Assembly (NCBI GenBank): GCA_964537615.1
Contig: CAZIBX010000001.1
Location: 1,929-65,928, forward strand
Direction: 5' to 3'
DNA: 64,000 bases
DNA from: an uncultured Pseudomonadales bacterium
GTDB taxonomy: Bacteria > Patescibacteriota > Microgenomatia > UBA1400 > PJMF01
The notes beneath the pieces were generated by a model. The model searched no databases and was not told where the DNA came from. It saw only the letters and a list, made by a program, of their open reading frames with translations. Position 1 is the stretch's first letter, and every line of letters starts with the position of its first letter. This document shows positions 17,859 to 27,310 of this stretch, in pieces. Position numbers and translations under genes: made by a program.

Positions 17859-20800
17859 ATGCCCGATTCTTCCAAAACCGGCCAAGGTGGTGTTGTGTTT
17901 TCTGATACCCAAACTCTAGACAGACAGGCACCTCGAGCAGATGGATCTAAATTACCATACGGTTTTGGCAACAACATACGTAAAGTAGAAAACATCAAGC
18001 AACTCGGCACGCCTTTTGCTTTGACTCAAGAAAATGTAACAGATTTACTTGATCAATTCGGTCGCATTATTGATGTTTCTAATTTGGAGTGGATTGGTCA
18101 AGTCGCTGATTTTTATTATCCAATTAAAAATCGAGCAGGAAAAGTTAATTTACCCAGCGTCAACTTTCCTAACGACTTACCTGACTTAAAAGTACAAGAT
18201 CAATATTTATACCCATCGGACTTAATCCGGATACTGACCAGATTAGCTTGGCGTATAGATCATAAATATAACTCCCCAACTTTGATCGGATACCGAGGCG
18301 ATCAAGATGGGTTGCTTTTAATTAACCAGAATTACCGACCGGAAAATGGGGTTGTCGATGAAACGGCTTTGCTCAAAAACACAGCCGAGTTTCAAAAAGT
18401 TTTGGCTAAATTGTTTGAAGATCTTTATCAAGCCATATCTCAACTACCCAAAAATGAACAAGTCGCCGCCAATCCAAAATTAGCCGATGAAGATGAGTCG
18501 CTACCAGTCGCCGACCTCCCCGCCACGGCCGTCACTACTGGTTTAGCTGGCGGGGTAACGGATGCACAGGCCACTGCCCCAGAGGCAGGTGGTGGTGAAC
18601 CCAGCACTACTCAACCTTCTACTCCACCCACCGATCAGCAAACTGCTTCACCCAACGCCAGAGACATTAACCAAATGGCCCAGTGGATCTCGGCCCCCTT
18701 GATTGCCGAATTGTTTGACTTAAACCAAATTGATCCGGGTGAGTACTCCTTGCTGACCGGTGAGATCCGCCTGGAGGCGGCCAACTTAATCAGAAATCTA
18801 AATCTGACCGATCAAGAATGGGAAAATCGAAAACACGACTTGAAATTCAGGGTCGAAATGTTTGAGCGTCTGCGAGCCAAAATCTGGCGCAGCCCAACCT
18901 TCCGGCGTGAGTACCAAATTTTGGTTCAAAACAACCACGGCAAAATTATCGATAACTTCGGACGTAATCTGCAACAAGCCCTGGCTCAAGACGGTCAGAT
19001 CGACAATCCCGATCTCGACCCCGCAACCATCCAAATTGACGGACTGAATCTGGATAACTTGACCACCCAGCTGGACACCCTGGTTATCAGTAGTGGTGAG
19101 AACGCCTCGGCGGTGATAGAAGCCGCCATCGAGCAGATGAGTTCAGCCGAGCTGGCAGCTTTGCTTTTGCCTGATACCGTCATCACCCCGTCTTTGGAAA
19201 GATTTTTTGACCGCCAAAAACTGCATGTAGTCGAGATGTTGAGCCGATACATGGTGGCTAGAAATGTCAAGCTGGCCAGCTTGACTGATCCTACTAGAGC
19301 CAGAACCGGTGCTTTTGATGAAACGACTCGAGAAACCATAAATAACCCCGCCAGTGTCAGAACACATCTAGTAGATACTCTGTTTTCTCCCCGCGGGTTG
19401 GTGGCTGACAACGGAGCGGAGGCGGTGGCAGAGGCTACAGAGGTAAGTGGCAAAAAACACCAAATCCGCCTACTGGAGTACTACCAAAAATTTATCCCTG
19501 TCTGGAAAAACCTAGATCCAGAAGTTCAAAAACAAGCCGTGCTGTTGGCTTATCACGGTGACGGCGGCATGTATAAAAATTATGTCGAGTTAAACTTCAA
19601 TAAAGAAAACGATGGTCAAGTATATCTAGACATTGCTTTGTTTGGCATCAGCATGCCCTGGCACGAACTGATTCGTAAAGCCATCAAACAACAGCGTGAT
19701 TTAACACAGGGTGAAAATCAAGCATTAAATCAAATCGCCACAAACGAAGCCGAGCGACTGAATTTAATCAACGCCACGCAACTGCGCCAGTCTTTTTTGG
19801 TCGATTTCGTGCGTGACTTGCCGGCCGATCAACTGCGAGCCGTTAAAGCTCTGTTGGCCATCAAAGATCTGACCCGGCTAGAACAAGCTTTGGCCGGAGC
19901 GGATGAAGCTAGGCGGGTCGCTATCCTGCAAGCTTTTTATCAACGTCTGGCGGTGGCGGAAAAATTAACAGCTGGGGTAGTTGACCGCGGTGTCAAAGAC
20001 CAACTAGCCGAGAGGTTAAAACAGTTGGGCGATCAGGCCGATGTGGCTGCCCGTCAATTTTTGCCTACTCCGGTAGAAGGCGCGCCGGCCCCCAGCCGGT
20101 CAGAGGTGGTGACATATATCCAAACCCAAGTGGTGGAAATCACCGTTGTGGAAGAAGTGGTTGAGCCCCTGATAGTCGAGGTGGGTGAAGACGGAGAGCC
20201 CGGTTTTGACTCGGCCAGCGTCGATGATTTATCTCAAGCTACAGATGAAGCTCAAGCCATGGGAGAACAGGCCCCGGCCGGAAGTGGACGCAATAGATTG
20301 AAGAATTTAGTCAAAAGATCCAAACCCTGGCAAAAAGGCTCGGCTCTGAAAAAGAAAGCCATGGAAAAGATGGGCAAAAAAGCCCTGGATTTTGCCGCCA
20401 AAAAAGGCCTGACCACGGCGGTAGGAGCTGCATCTGGGCCAGTGGGTTGGGCGTTGACGGCCGCCATGCTGGCCAAAGACGCAGCTAAGTTTCTCAAAGA
20501 CCCCAAAAATCGCAAGAAAATTGGCTTTATCATTGCCGGCCTGGGTGGGGGGTTAGCTCTGCTTTTAAGTAAACTGCTCAATATGCTGGCTCAAGCCGCC
20601 TGGATTACTGGTGGATTGATTGGGGCTGGTATTGGTTTTGCTGTCGGTGGGCCAATCGGCGCAGTTATAGGTGCTGGCATCGGGGCTGGTGCCGGCTACT
20701 TGCTTGGTCAGGGCGTTTTTGGGGGCGGAGGCGGAGCGGGTGCGGTTGCTTCCAGTGGACTGGTTTCACCCGCTACTACCGGCGCCACCACCGGATCTGG

Positions 20801-21920
20801 CGCTGTAGCCGGCGGATCACTGTCACCGGCAGCTGCCGGAGGCGGTGGGTTAATTTTAGCCAGTGCCGGATCAGGAGCGGGGGCGGCCGCAGCCGGAGGT
20901 GGTCTGTTGGCTATGGGCACAGCTACACTCATTCCTTTATTTACTATCCTGGGCATGATGCTTTTGACTATTTACACCGTATTTGTGATCTTTGCTTCAT
21001 TTTTGGCTCCTCTGCCGGTCGGTGATCCCACTAGCCGGAATGTCAGAAGTAGTGAGTATGTGACTTTGACCAAGTCGGCCGAGCCCAAAAAACTAGCCAA
21101 CAATCAAACCGCCACGATCAACTATGTGATTACTATCAGGCCCAAACCAGGTTATAAAATTGCTTTGACAGACTTGACAGATAGCGCCAACAACAACGGC
21201 TGGGAGTTTCTGTCCAACAACCCGACTAACCGCCAAAACCCCGTTATTACCCCCACAGATAATCTGGTGTCGATCAACAACTTCCCGCCCGAGCCATTTG
21301 GTAACTTGGTCAGTCATAGCTACGATGTGACGATGGAAGGTGGAGTTGATGTTTTGGTCAGAAATAAAGTCGAGATCACCTACAACGTGCTGGATCGCGC
21401 CGGACAAACCGTCCAAACTGGTCAAAAGTTAAGCACTGCCGCCGGCGTAGTGATCGGCGACCCCAAAGTTTCCTGCTGGCCTACCTCCGGAACCATCACT
21501 CAACTACCAGACGGCTCGTGGTCACATAATAACATTATGGCTTATGACATCGCTGCCCCGATGGGTACCAAGGTTTACGCCCCAATTACAGGCACAGTTT
21601 ACCGCAAAGAAGAACGCTCCGGCCGATCATACGCCGGGTATGGTTTATATGTAGAGTTGGAGTTTGAACTGGACAACAATCGTGGCGGACGTTTAATTTT
21701 TGGCCATTTGAGCTCGGTGCCGACCAACATTACTAGATCTGGCACCAGTGTTAATAGCGGTGATGTTATCGGCCGAGTCGGTAGCACCGGCAACTCGACT
21801 GGTAGCCACTTACACTACGAACTACGTCCTTGGGCTGGACACACGCCCTTGTCTGACTTTTTGCCCGATCTGATTTCTGAAAAACCCAGTTTAAACGATA
21901 AGGTTTATACTTGTTTTTAA
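17859..21920 (+). CDS. Membrane-anchored peptidoglycan endopeptidase (C-terminal M23/LytM domain) with a large N-terminal domain and a Gly/Ala-rich membrane region
   Basis: The C-terminus carries the M23 signatures H-x3-D and S/G-T-G-x-S-T-G-x-H-L-H-[YF]-E (…GRVGSTGNSTGSHLHYELR…). Around aa 860–1000 a poly-Gly/Ala hydrophobic low-complexity stretch flanks the TM helices. It is the functional analogue of a T4SS cell-wall hydrolase (VirB1/CwlT/TcpG-type). Confidence 0.65.
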   Translation: MPDSSKTGQGGVVFSDTQTLDRQAPRADGSKLPYGFGNNIRKVENIKQLGTPFALTQENVTDLLDQFGRIIDVSNLEWIGQVADFYYPIKNRAGKVNLPSVNFPNDLPDLKVQDQYLYPSDLIRILTRLAWRIDHKYNSPTLIGYRGDQDGLLLINQNYRPENGVVDETALLKNTAEFQKVLAKLFEDLYQAISQLPKNEQVAANPKLADEDESLPVADLPATAVTTGLAGGVTDAQATAPEAGGGEPSTTQPSTPPTDQQTASPNARDINQMAQWISAPLIAELFDLNQIDPGEYSLLTGEIRLEAANLIRNLNLTDQEWENRKHDLKFRVEMFERLRAKIWRSPTFRREYQILVQNNHGKIIDNFGRNLQQALAQDGQIDNPDLDPATIQIDGLNLDNLTTQLDTLVISSGENASAVIEAAIEQMSSAELAALLLPDTVITPSLERFFDRQKLHVVEMLSRYMVARNVKLASLTDPTRARTGAFDETTRETINNPASVRTHLVDTLFSPRGLVADNGAEAVAEATEVSGKKHQIRLLEYYQKFIPVWKNLDPEVQKQAVLLAYHGDGGMYKNYVELNFNKENDGQVYLDIALFGISMPWHELIRKAIKQQRDLTQGENQALNQIATNEAERLNLINATQLRQSFLVDFVRDLPADQLRAVKALLAIKDLTRLEQALAGADEARRVAILQAFYQRLAVAEKLTAGVVDRGVKDQLAERLKQLGDQADVAARQFLPTPVEGAPAPSRSEVVTYIQTQVVEITVVEEVVEPLIVEVGEDGEPGFDSASVDDLSQATDEAQAMGEQAPAGSGRNRLKNLVKRSKPWQKGSALKKKAMEKMGKKALDFAAKKGLTTAVGAASGPVGWALTAAMLAKDAAKFLKDPKNRKKIGFIIAGLGGGLALLLSKLLNMLAQAAWITGGLIGAGIGFAVGGPIGAVIGAGIGAGAGYLLGQGVFGGGGGAGAVASSGLVSPATTGATTGSGAVAGGSLSPAAAGGGGLILASAGSGAGAAAAGGGLLAMGTATLIPLFTILGMMLLTIYTVFVIFASFLAPLPVGDPTSRNVRSSEYVTLTKSAEPKKLANNQTATINYVITIRPKPGYKIALTDLTDSANNNGWEFLSNNPTNRQNPVITPTDNLVSINNFPPEPFGNLVSHSYDVTMEGGVDVLVRNKVEITYNVLDRAGQTVQTGQKLSTAAGVVIGDPKVSCWPTSGTITQLPDGSWSHNNIMAYDIAAPMGTKVYAPITGTVYRKEERSGRSYAGYGLYVELEFELDNNRGGRLIFGHLSSVPTNITRSGTSVNSGDVIGRVGSTGNSTGSHLHYELRPWAGHTPLSDFLPDLISEKPSLNDKVYTCF

Positions 21921-21924
21921 CACC

Positions 21925-22926
21925 ATGCCCACTCCAGATCACCAAACCACCATTCCCAACCCCAACCGTTCCAAATATAGACTGATAATTGTTCTGGTGA
22001 TTGTGGTTATAGTCATAGTTATGCTGAAAATTTTTACTCCAGCCACACCGATTACCAAGGGGCCATTGACTCAACAAAACTTCGACGGTAGTAGCAGTAG
22101 TTTTAAACTCAAGTTTGTGGGTAACCAACCGGAGTTTCCTGGTGACTTGCCCATCGGTCACGTGGTGGTCGAAAGCGTCAGTCAAGCCGAGTTGCTCGCC
22201 CCACTCATCAATCAATATCAGCTCCAGCCCGAGCCGGGCGACCCTCTGGTCTGGACCGGCCCTGACTATGTTTTGGTCAAAGATGAGGGCTCCGGCATGT
22301 ACACTTTGGCCACTCAACTCCTAGCAGAGCGTAGTTCGACCATAAATGAAACTGAAATCATAACCCAAGCTGAAAACCTGGCCCAAAAACTGTTTCCTGA
22401 CACCCATCTCAAAGTTGTTCCATCAGACACCAGATACCTGGCTGGCAGTGAAGAACAAAAAGAAGTCGGGCTGGCCCAAGCCGAGGTGATTGAGTTGGTT
22501 CTCGCCCCCACCATGAGCAATTATCCTGTGATGATCAAAAACAACAGTCAAAGTTTGGTACAGATGACATTTGATAGTAGCCAAAAATTAATTAAACTCA
22601 ACTTTCTGCCAGAAGTGGCTGGATTGAGTTACTCACCTGGTATGGGTCAAGAGTTCAAGGTCATTAAAATCGATCAAGCGGTCGCCAATACCAACCGCGG
22701 CGACGGGGCGATTATCAGCGCTGATAGTCGGCAGGTTACAAGACTTAATCTCAACTCCAAAATAACGGGAAATCTTAATCGAGTGGAAATCGAGTATAGA
22801 AGCAATGATGCTCAACAGCTTTTGCCCTACTATCGTTTCTCTGGGTTATTACAATTGGATGGCTTGGAGTTTACAGCCGACATTATCACCCCAGCCATTG
22901 ATCTTGACACCATACCTGACTCATAA
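21925..22926 (+). CDS. N-terminally anchored extracytoplasmic protein, candidate VirB8-like component
   Basis: Single N-terminal TM (LIIVLVIVVIVIVMLKIF) followed by a ~290-aa extracytoplasmic domain. The position between the hydrolase and VirB3/VirB4-like genes matches Gram-positive T4SS VirB8-like proteins, but no motif supports it. Confidence 0.3.
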   Translation: MPTPDHQTTIPNPNRSKYRLIIVLVIVVIVIVMLKIFTPATPITKGPLTQQNFDGSSSSFKLKFVGNQPEFPGDLPIGHVVVESVSQAELLAPLINQYQLQPEPGDPLVWTGPDYVLVKDEGSGMYTLATQLLAERSSTINETEIITQAENLAQKLFPDTHLKVVPSDTRYLAGSEEQKEVGLAQAEVIELVLAPTMSNYPVMIKNNSQSLVQMTFDSSQKLIKLNFLPEVAGLSYSPGMGQEFKVIKIDQAVANTNRGDGAIISADSRQVTRLNLNSKITGNLNRVEIEYRSNDAQQLLPYYRFSGLLQLDGLEFTADIITPAIDLDTIPDS

Positions 22927-22941
22927 TCACTCTCACTGCCC

Positions 22942-24192
22942 ATGAAAGACCACCCCATCCCCCAAGACGTCACCGGTTATAAGTTTCATATCGTAGGTAA
23001 CATGACACTCAAGCAGTTTGGTTTGATTGTTTTTGGCGTGATTGTGGCCTTTATTATTTATCAACTGAAGTTACCGGCTTTAATCGGCTGGCCGTTTATC
23101 GTGATTTTTGCCGGCGGTGGTCTGCTGGCAGCGTTTATTCCGATTGAAGAAAGGCCACTGGATCACTGGATTTTAACTTTTATCAAAACACTCTACCGAC
23201 CCACCCAATTTTTCTGGCGCCGGGAACCCCATGTGCCAGCTGTGTTTGACTATGTGGCCAACAATAATCAAAACACCCCCCCTCCGACCGATTTGGCCCC
23301 GGCCAAAAGAGCACGGATTCATGACTATCTCAACTCACTCCATGACCCAGGAGATAATTCGGAAACAGATGAACACAGCCCCCAACTGGCCCAGATTTTG
23401 GCTAACTTTCACTCATCTCCTGATCCAGTTAATCAGACAGCGGATACTGCCCCTCCACCTAGTATGACGGTCAAAGTCAGGGCTCTGGCCCCCAATCCGG
23501 AAGACCAAACCAACCCGGAGAAAATGCCTGTTAGTGCCACCACCACCATCGTGGACTTTTCAGCTGCGACACAAACGACATCAGAACCGTTGATTGCTCC
23601 AGAACCACTAATGACTCCAGAGCTAACAATAACCCCAATACCACCAGCCAACCCAGAGCCAGAAGTCGACCGGACCATTTCCCAAGCCGCCAGCACAGTC
23701 CAACTACCCACTCAAACTATCACAGCCATTGATCACTCCGATCAAATCCAGAATGTGAACGAAAGCCCAATCCTACAACCCCAGCTGGAATCTACGCCAG
23801 TCACTCCGCCTGACCCAACTCCACCCAAGCCAGACAACACCAACACCATTTCCAGCATCACGCCAGAATCACTAGCTGAAAACACCCAAGTCGCTCAACA
23901 ACCAGACAACCTCCCCTTTCCTTCTGCGCCCAGCCAACCCAATGTAGTGGTGGGTATGGTGGTTAATCAAAAGCAAGAATTACTGCCAGGAGCTATAATA
24001 GAAGTGGCTCTAAACAGTGGCCAAGTCGTCAGGGTAGTACGCACCAATGCTTTGGGCCAATTCTTTGTGACTACACCATTACCAAATGGTAGTTATGTCC
24101 TGCGGGCAGAAGTGGACGGGCTACAGTTTGCCCCCCAAAGTCTTGAGGTAATTGGTCAAACAATTGCTCCAATTTTATTCACCGCCAGTTGA
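22942..24192 (+). CDS. VirB3/PrgI-like two-TM protein with a long Pro/Thr-rich extension
   Basis: N-terminal TM hairpin (FGLIVFGVIVAFIIYQLKLPALIGWPFIVIFAGGGLLAAFIPI) followed by WILTFIKTLYRPTQFF, reminiscent of PrgI/VirB3-family proteins found directly upstream of VirB4. A ~250-aa PT-rich low-complexity region is followed by a small C-terminal domain. Confidence 0.45.
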   Translation: MKDHPIPQDVTGYKFHIVGNMTLKQFGLIVFGVIVAFIIYQLKLPALIGWPFIVIFAGGGLLAAFIPIEERPLDHWILTFIKTLYRPTQFFWRREPHVPAVFDYVANNNQNTPPPTDLAPAKRARIHDYLNSLHDPGDNSETDEHSPQLAQILANFHSSPDPVNQTADTAPPPSMTVKVRALAPNPEDQTNPEKMPVSATTTIVDFSAATQTTSEPLIAPEPLMTPELTITPIPPANPEPEVDRTISQAASTVQLPTQTITAIDHSDQIQNVNESPILQPQLESTPVTPPDPTPPKPDNTNTISSITPESLAENTQVAQQPDNLPFPSAPSQPNVVVGMVVNQKQELLPGAIIEVALNSGQVVRVVRTNALGQFFVTTPLPNGSYVLRAEVDGLQFAPQSLEVIGQTIAPILFTAS

Positions 24193-24277
24193 AACTAGCC
24201 AGAATACAGTTTGTCGCCCGCACCAGTTAATAAGTAGCGATAACCGGTTGAAGCAGAAGGTTGAATCCTGTATTCTT

Positions 24278-25135
24278 ATGGTTGTTATGCCTGCCAGCAA
24301 CGTTTTGCACTCGACTACCCAGCATTTTTTGGATATTTATGACATCACCAACGACGTGGTGATGATTAAAAACGGCACGGTGTCTTTGATTTTGACCGTT
24401 GATGCTATGAACTTTGGGCTACTGGCCGATGAAGAACAAGACGGGGTGATGTATGCGTATGCCGGACTACTTAACTCTCTCAACTACCCCATCCAAATCC
24501 TGGTCCAGTCTCAAACCAAAGATGTGACCAATTATCTGCGACTACTCCAACAACAAGAAGAACAAACCCCCAATCCACTGATGCGCAAAAGAATCAGAAC
24601 ATACCGAGAGTTTGTGGCTAACTTAATCCACGAACGCAACGTATTGGATAAAAGATTTTATGTAGTTATCCCAGCTTCACCTCTAGAATTGGGGTTTTTG
24701 TCAGCCGGAGGCCTGGTGCCTGGTAGTAAACCATTTGATATCAGCTCTGTAGAAAAAAGCGTGGTGCTGGAAAAAGCCCTCAACATTCTTGAACCTCGCC
24801 GCGATCATCTCATTTCTCAATTTGCCCGCATCGGTCTTTTTTCTGAACAACTCAAAACACAGGATATCATTCAGTTGTTTTATCTCAACTACAACCCAGA
24901 AGCATCAGAGGGTCAAAAAATTACTGACAGCAAAAATTACACCTCGCCCCTGGTTCATGCCGCTTTAAGAGAAAAAATCGTGCAGGGTAGTCAACCAGAT
25001 GTGACCCCACCTGTACCTCCCGCTCCCACTCCACCCCTTACCCCACCAATCGAACCAATCCAGACCACCACACCAACCACACCAACTCAACCTAATCCTA
25101 TAACGCCAACCAACCCAGTCGCCAGCCCCACTTAA
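24278..25135 (+). CDS. T4SS-associated protein, possibly a detached VirB4 N-terminal segment
   Basis: Start moved to the internal ATG at 24278 to remove the 41-nt overlap. The segment …TTQHFLDIYDITNDVVMIKNGTVSLILTVDAMNFGLLADEEQDGVMYAYAGLLNSLNYPIQILVQS… resembles the extreme N-terminus of VirB4/TrbE family ATPases. A PT-rich tail follows. Confidence 0.35.
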   Translation: MVVMPASNVLHSTTQHFLDIYDITNDVVMIKNGTVSLILTVDAMNFGLLADEEQDGVMYAYAGLLNSLNYPIQILVQSQTKDVTNYLRLLQQQEEQTPNPLMRKRIRTYREFVANLIHERNVLDKRFYVVIPASPLELGFLSAGGLVPGSKPFDISSVEKSVVLEKALNILEPRRDHLISQFARIGLFSEQLKTQDIIQLFYLNYNPEASEGQKITDSKNYTSPLVHAALREKIVQGSQPDVTPPVPPAPTPPLTPPIEPIQTTTPTTPTQPNPITPTNPVASPT

Positions 25136-25138
25136 ACC

Positions 25139-27178
25139 ATGCCCAACTCACTACTTGCTTCACTACCGTTTTTTAGCAAAAAACCCTCTCCCACCGATCA
25201 GGACAAGGCCAAAGAGCTGGAGTTGGAAAAACTTAAAGAGTTTTCGCGGGGGCTGGTCACTATTCAGGACATCATTGCGCCAGAAGCTATCGAGGTAGAC
25301 TTCACCTTTCAAAAAATTAACTCTACTTATACCAGGACTTTATTTGTGGCCGGCTACCCCAGGTCGGTTCCTGCCAACTGGTTGTCACCCCTGATTAACT
25401 TCCCCCACCAAATCTCGGTCGGGATGTTTATTTATCCTGTTGATTCCACCGAAGTCCTAGATAACTTAAAACGCAAAATTACCGAGATGGAGGCAGAAAT
25501 TCAATCAGATCTACGCGCAGGTAAAATCAGCAACATCAACACGGAAATCAAACTGGAAGATGCCCGCTTCATCAGAGAAGATTTGGCCAAAGGCAGCGAG
25601 CGATTTTTCCAGTTCGGGCTATACGTCACCATCACCGCCACCAGCAAAGAAGAGTTGGACAGAGTAACCAAAGCCATCCAGTCGTCGCTAGGATCACTGC
25701 TGATCGTGTCTAAAAAAGCTACCCTGCAGATGGACGAGGGCTTCAAAACTACTCTGCCCATGGGGGTAGATAAACTGATTATCACCCGCAACATGGACAC
25801 CACCAGTTTGGCCACCACCTTTCCCTTCACTTCGTCTGAACTGGCCATGGACACCGGTATCGTTTATGGCATCAACGAACACAACGACTCGCTGGTGATT
25901 TTTGACCGCTTCAAGATGGAAAATGCCAACATGGTAATTTTTGCCAAATCGGGTGCTGGCAAGTCTTATACCGTCAAACTGGAGGTTTTGCGTCAACTGA
26001 TGTTTGGCTGTGAAATTATCGTCATGGATCCGGAACACGAGTATGAGGATTTGTGTAAAGCTGTGGGGGGCGAATACATCAACTTTACTTTTGGTTCGAC
26101 CGCCAAAATCAACCCCTTTGACCTATCCGCTCTATATGAAGAGGGTGAAAACGAACTGGGTCAAAAAATTATTTCCATCCACGGCTTGCTCAAAGTTATG
26201 TTGGGAGCCATGACTCCCCAGCAAGATGCCATTCTCGACCGAGCTTTGGTGGCTGCCTATAAAGCCAAGGGTATCACGCCAGATCCAGCTACCCAAACCA
26301 ACGAACCACCCTTGATGGAAGATGTGTATAAAGCTTTAATCGGTATGGAAAACAAAGAAGCCGACGACATCGCGGCTCGGCTGGAAAAGTTCATCACCGG
26401 CTCTTTCCGGGGAATTTTTGACCAAAAATCCAACATCGATATTAAAAACCAACTGACTGTTTTTTCCGTCAAAGAAATGGAAGAGGAAATGCGACCGATC
26501 GCCATGTATGTCATCCTGGACTTCATCTGGACTCGGGTGAAGAAAGATCTTAAAAAACGCATACTGGTGATTGATGAAGCCTGGTATTTTATGAAACACG
26601 CCGACTCGGCATCGTTTATTTACTCTATGGTCAAAAGGGCCCGTAAATACTACCTGGGCATCACCACCATTACTCAAGATGTAGAGGATTTTTTGCGCAA
26701 CGATTATGGTAAAGCCATCGTCACCAACGCCTCGATTCAATTTTTGATGAAACAGTCCTCTGCCTCAATTCCGGTTTTGGCCGAAACTTTCTTTTTATCT
26801 CAAGGAGAGCGCCAGTTGTTGGTGACTTCAGAAGTCGGTGAAGGTGTATTTTTTGCCGGTCAAAATCACGTGGCGATTAAAGTAGTAGCCAGCGACGAAG
26901 AACACTCGCTCATTACTACCAATCCAGAGGAATTGATGAAGCGCAAAGCAGATTTGGCTCAACAAACCAGTGTCAATCCCGCTCCCGCCAATCTGTCGTT
27001 TGCCCAAATTGAGTCCGGAATTACAACTCCCCCACCGGTTAATTTACCAGAACCACCAACCAATCCCAACCCAACTCCCACCATAATACAGAACACCCCG
27101 TCCCCAACTACTGTTCCGCAAGCTTACCAAGCCCCTACCATTGCTGACTACACCCCACCCAAACCTGGTACTTTTTAA
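25139..27178 (+). CDS. virB4: VirB4-like T4SS ATPase
   Basis: Carries the VirB4/CagE/TrbE motif TRTLFVAGYPRSVPANWLSPL. Walker A is FAKSGAGKSYTVK and Walker B-like is ILVIDEAWYFM. Size is 679 aa with a PT-rich C-terminal tail. Confidence 0.8.
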   Translation: MPNSLLASLPFFSKKPSPTDQDKAKELELEKLKEFSRGLVTIQDIIAPEAIEVDFTFQKINSTYTRTLFVAGYPRSVPANWLSPLINFPHQISVGMFIYPVDSTEVLDNLKRKITEMEAEIQSDLRAGKISNINTEIKLEDARFIREDLAKGSERFFQFGLYVTITATSKEELDRVTKAIQSSLGSLLIVSKKATLQMDEGFKTTLPMGVDKLIITRNMDTTSLATTFPFTSSELAMDTGIVYGINEHNDSLVIFDRFKMENANMVIFAKSGAGKSYTVKLEVLRQLMFGCEIIVMDPEHEYEDLCKAVGGEYINFTFGSTAKINPFDLSALYEEGENELGQKIISIHGLLKVMLGAMTPQQDAILDRALVAAYKAKGITPDPATQTNEPPLMEDVYKALIGMENKEADDIAARLEKFITGSFRGIFDQKSNIDIKNQLTVFSVKEMEEEMRPIAMYVILDFIWTRVKKDLKKRILVIDEAWYFMKHADSASFIYSMVKRARKYYLGITTITQDVEDFLRNDYGKAIVTNASIQFLMKQSSASIPVLAETFFLSQGERQLLVTSEVGEGVFFAGQNHVAIKVVASDEEHSLITTNPEELMKRKADLAQQTSVNPAPANLSFAQIESGITTPPPVNLPEPPTNPNPTPTIIQNTPSPTTVPQAYQAPTIADYTPPKPGTF

Positions 27179-27228
27179 CAATCGCTTTGAATCCGTCTTT
27201 TTTTCCTCTTGCCAATTGTGGGAAACAC

Positions 27229-27299
27229 TGTGTATAAACCAGTTCTGATTGCTCAACTGTCCGTTTGTATATTAAGATAGGTGTTTTAACCTATACACA
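27229..27299. promoter_or_regulatory. DnaA boxes upstream of dnaA (oriC, left part)
   Basis: TGTGTATAA at 27229–27237 (reverse complement TTATACACA) matches the TTATNCACA consensus. CTATACACA at 27291–27299 has one mismatch. Confidence 0.5.
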
Positions 27300-27310
27300 G
27301 GTATATTTTA

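Noticed and set aside
20708-20956. 82-aa Pro/Ala-rich minus-strand ORF (and other short antisense ORFs such as 9842..10297, 36116..36388 and 58671..59039)
   Set aside because: They are antisense to well-supported genes and lie in low-complexity or Gly-rich regions. There are no RBS or motifs.
21766-22317. 183-aa minus-strand ORF spanning the junction of two plus-strand genes
   Set aside because: It is antisense to the M23 hydrolase C-terminus and to the start of the next gene. Both are better supported.
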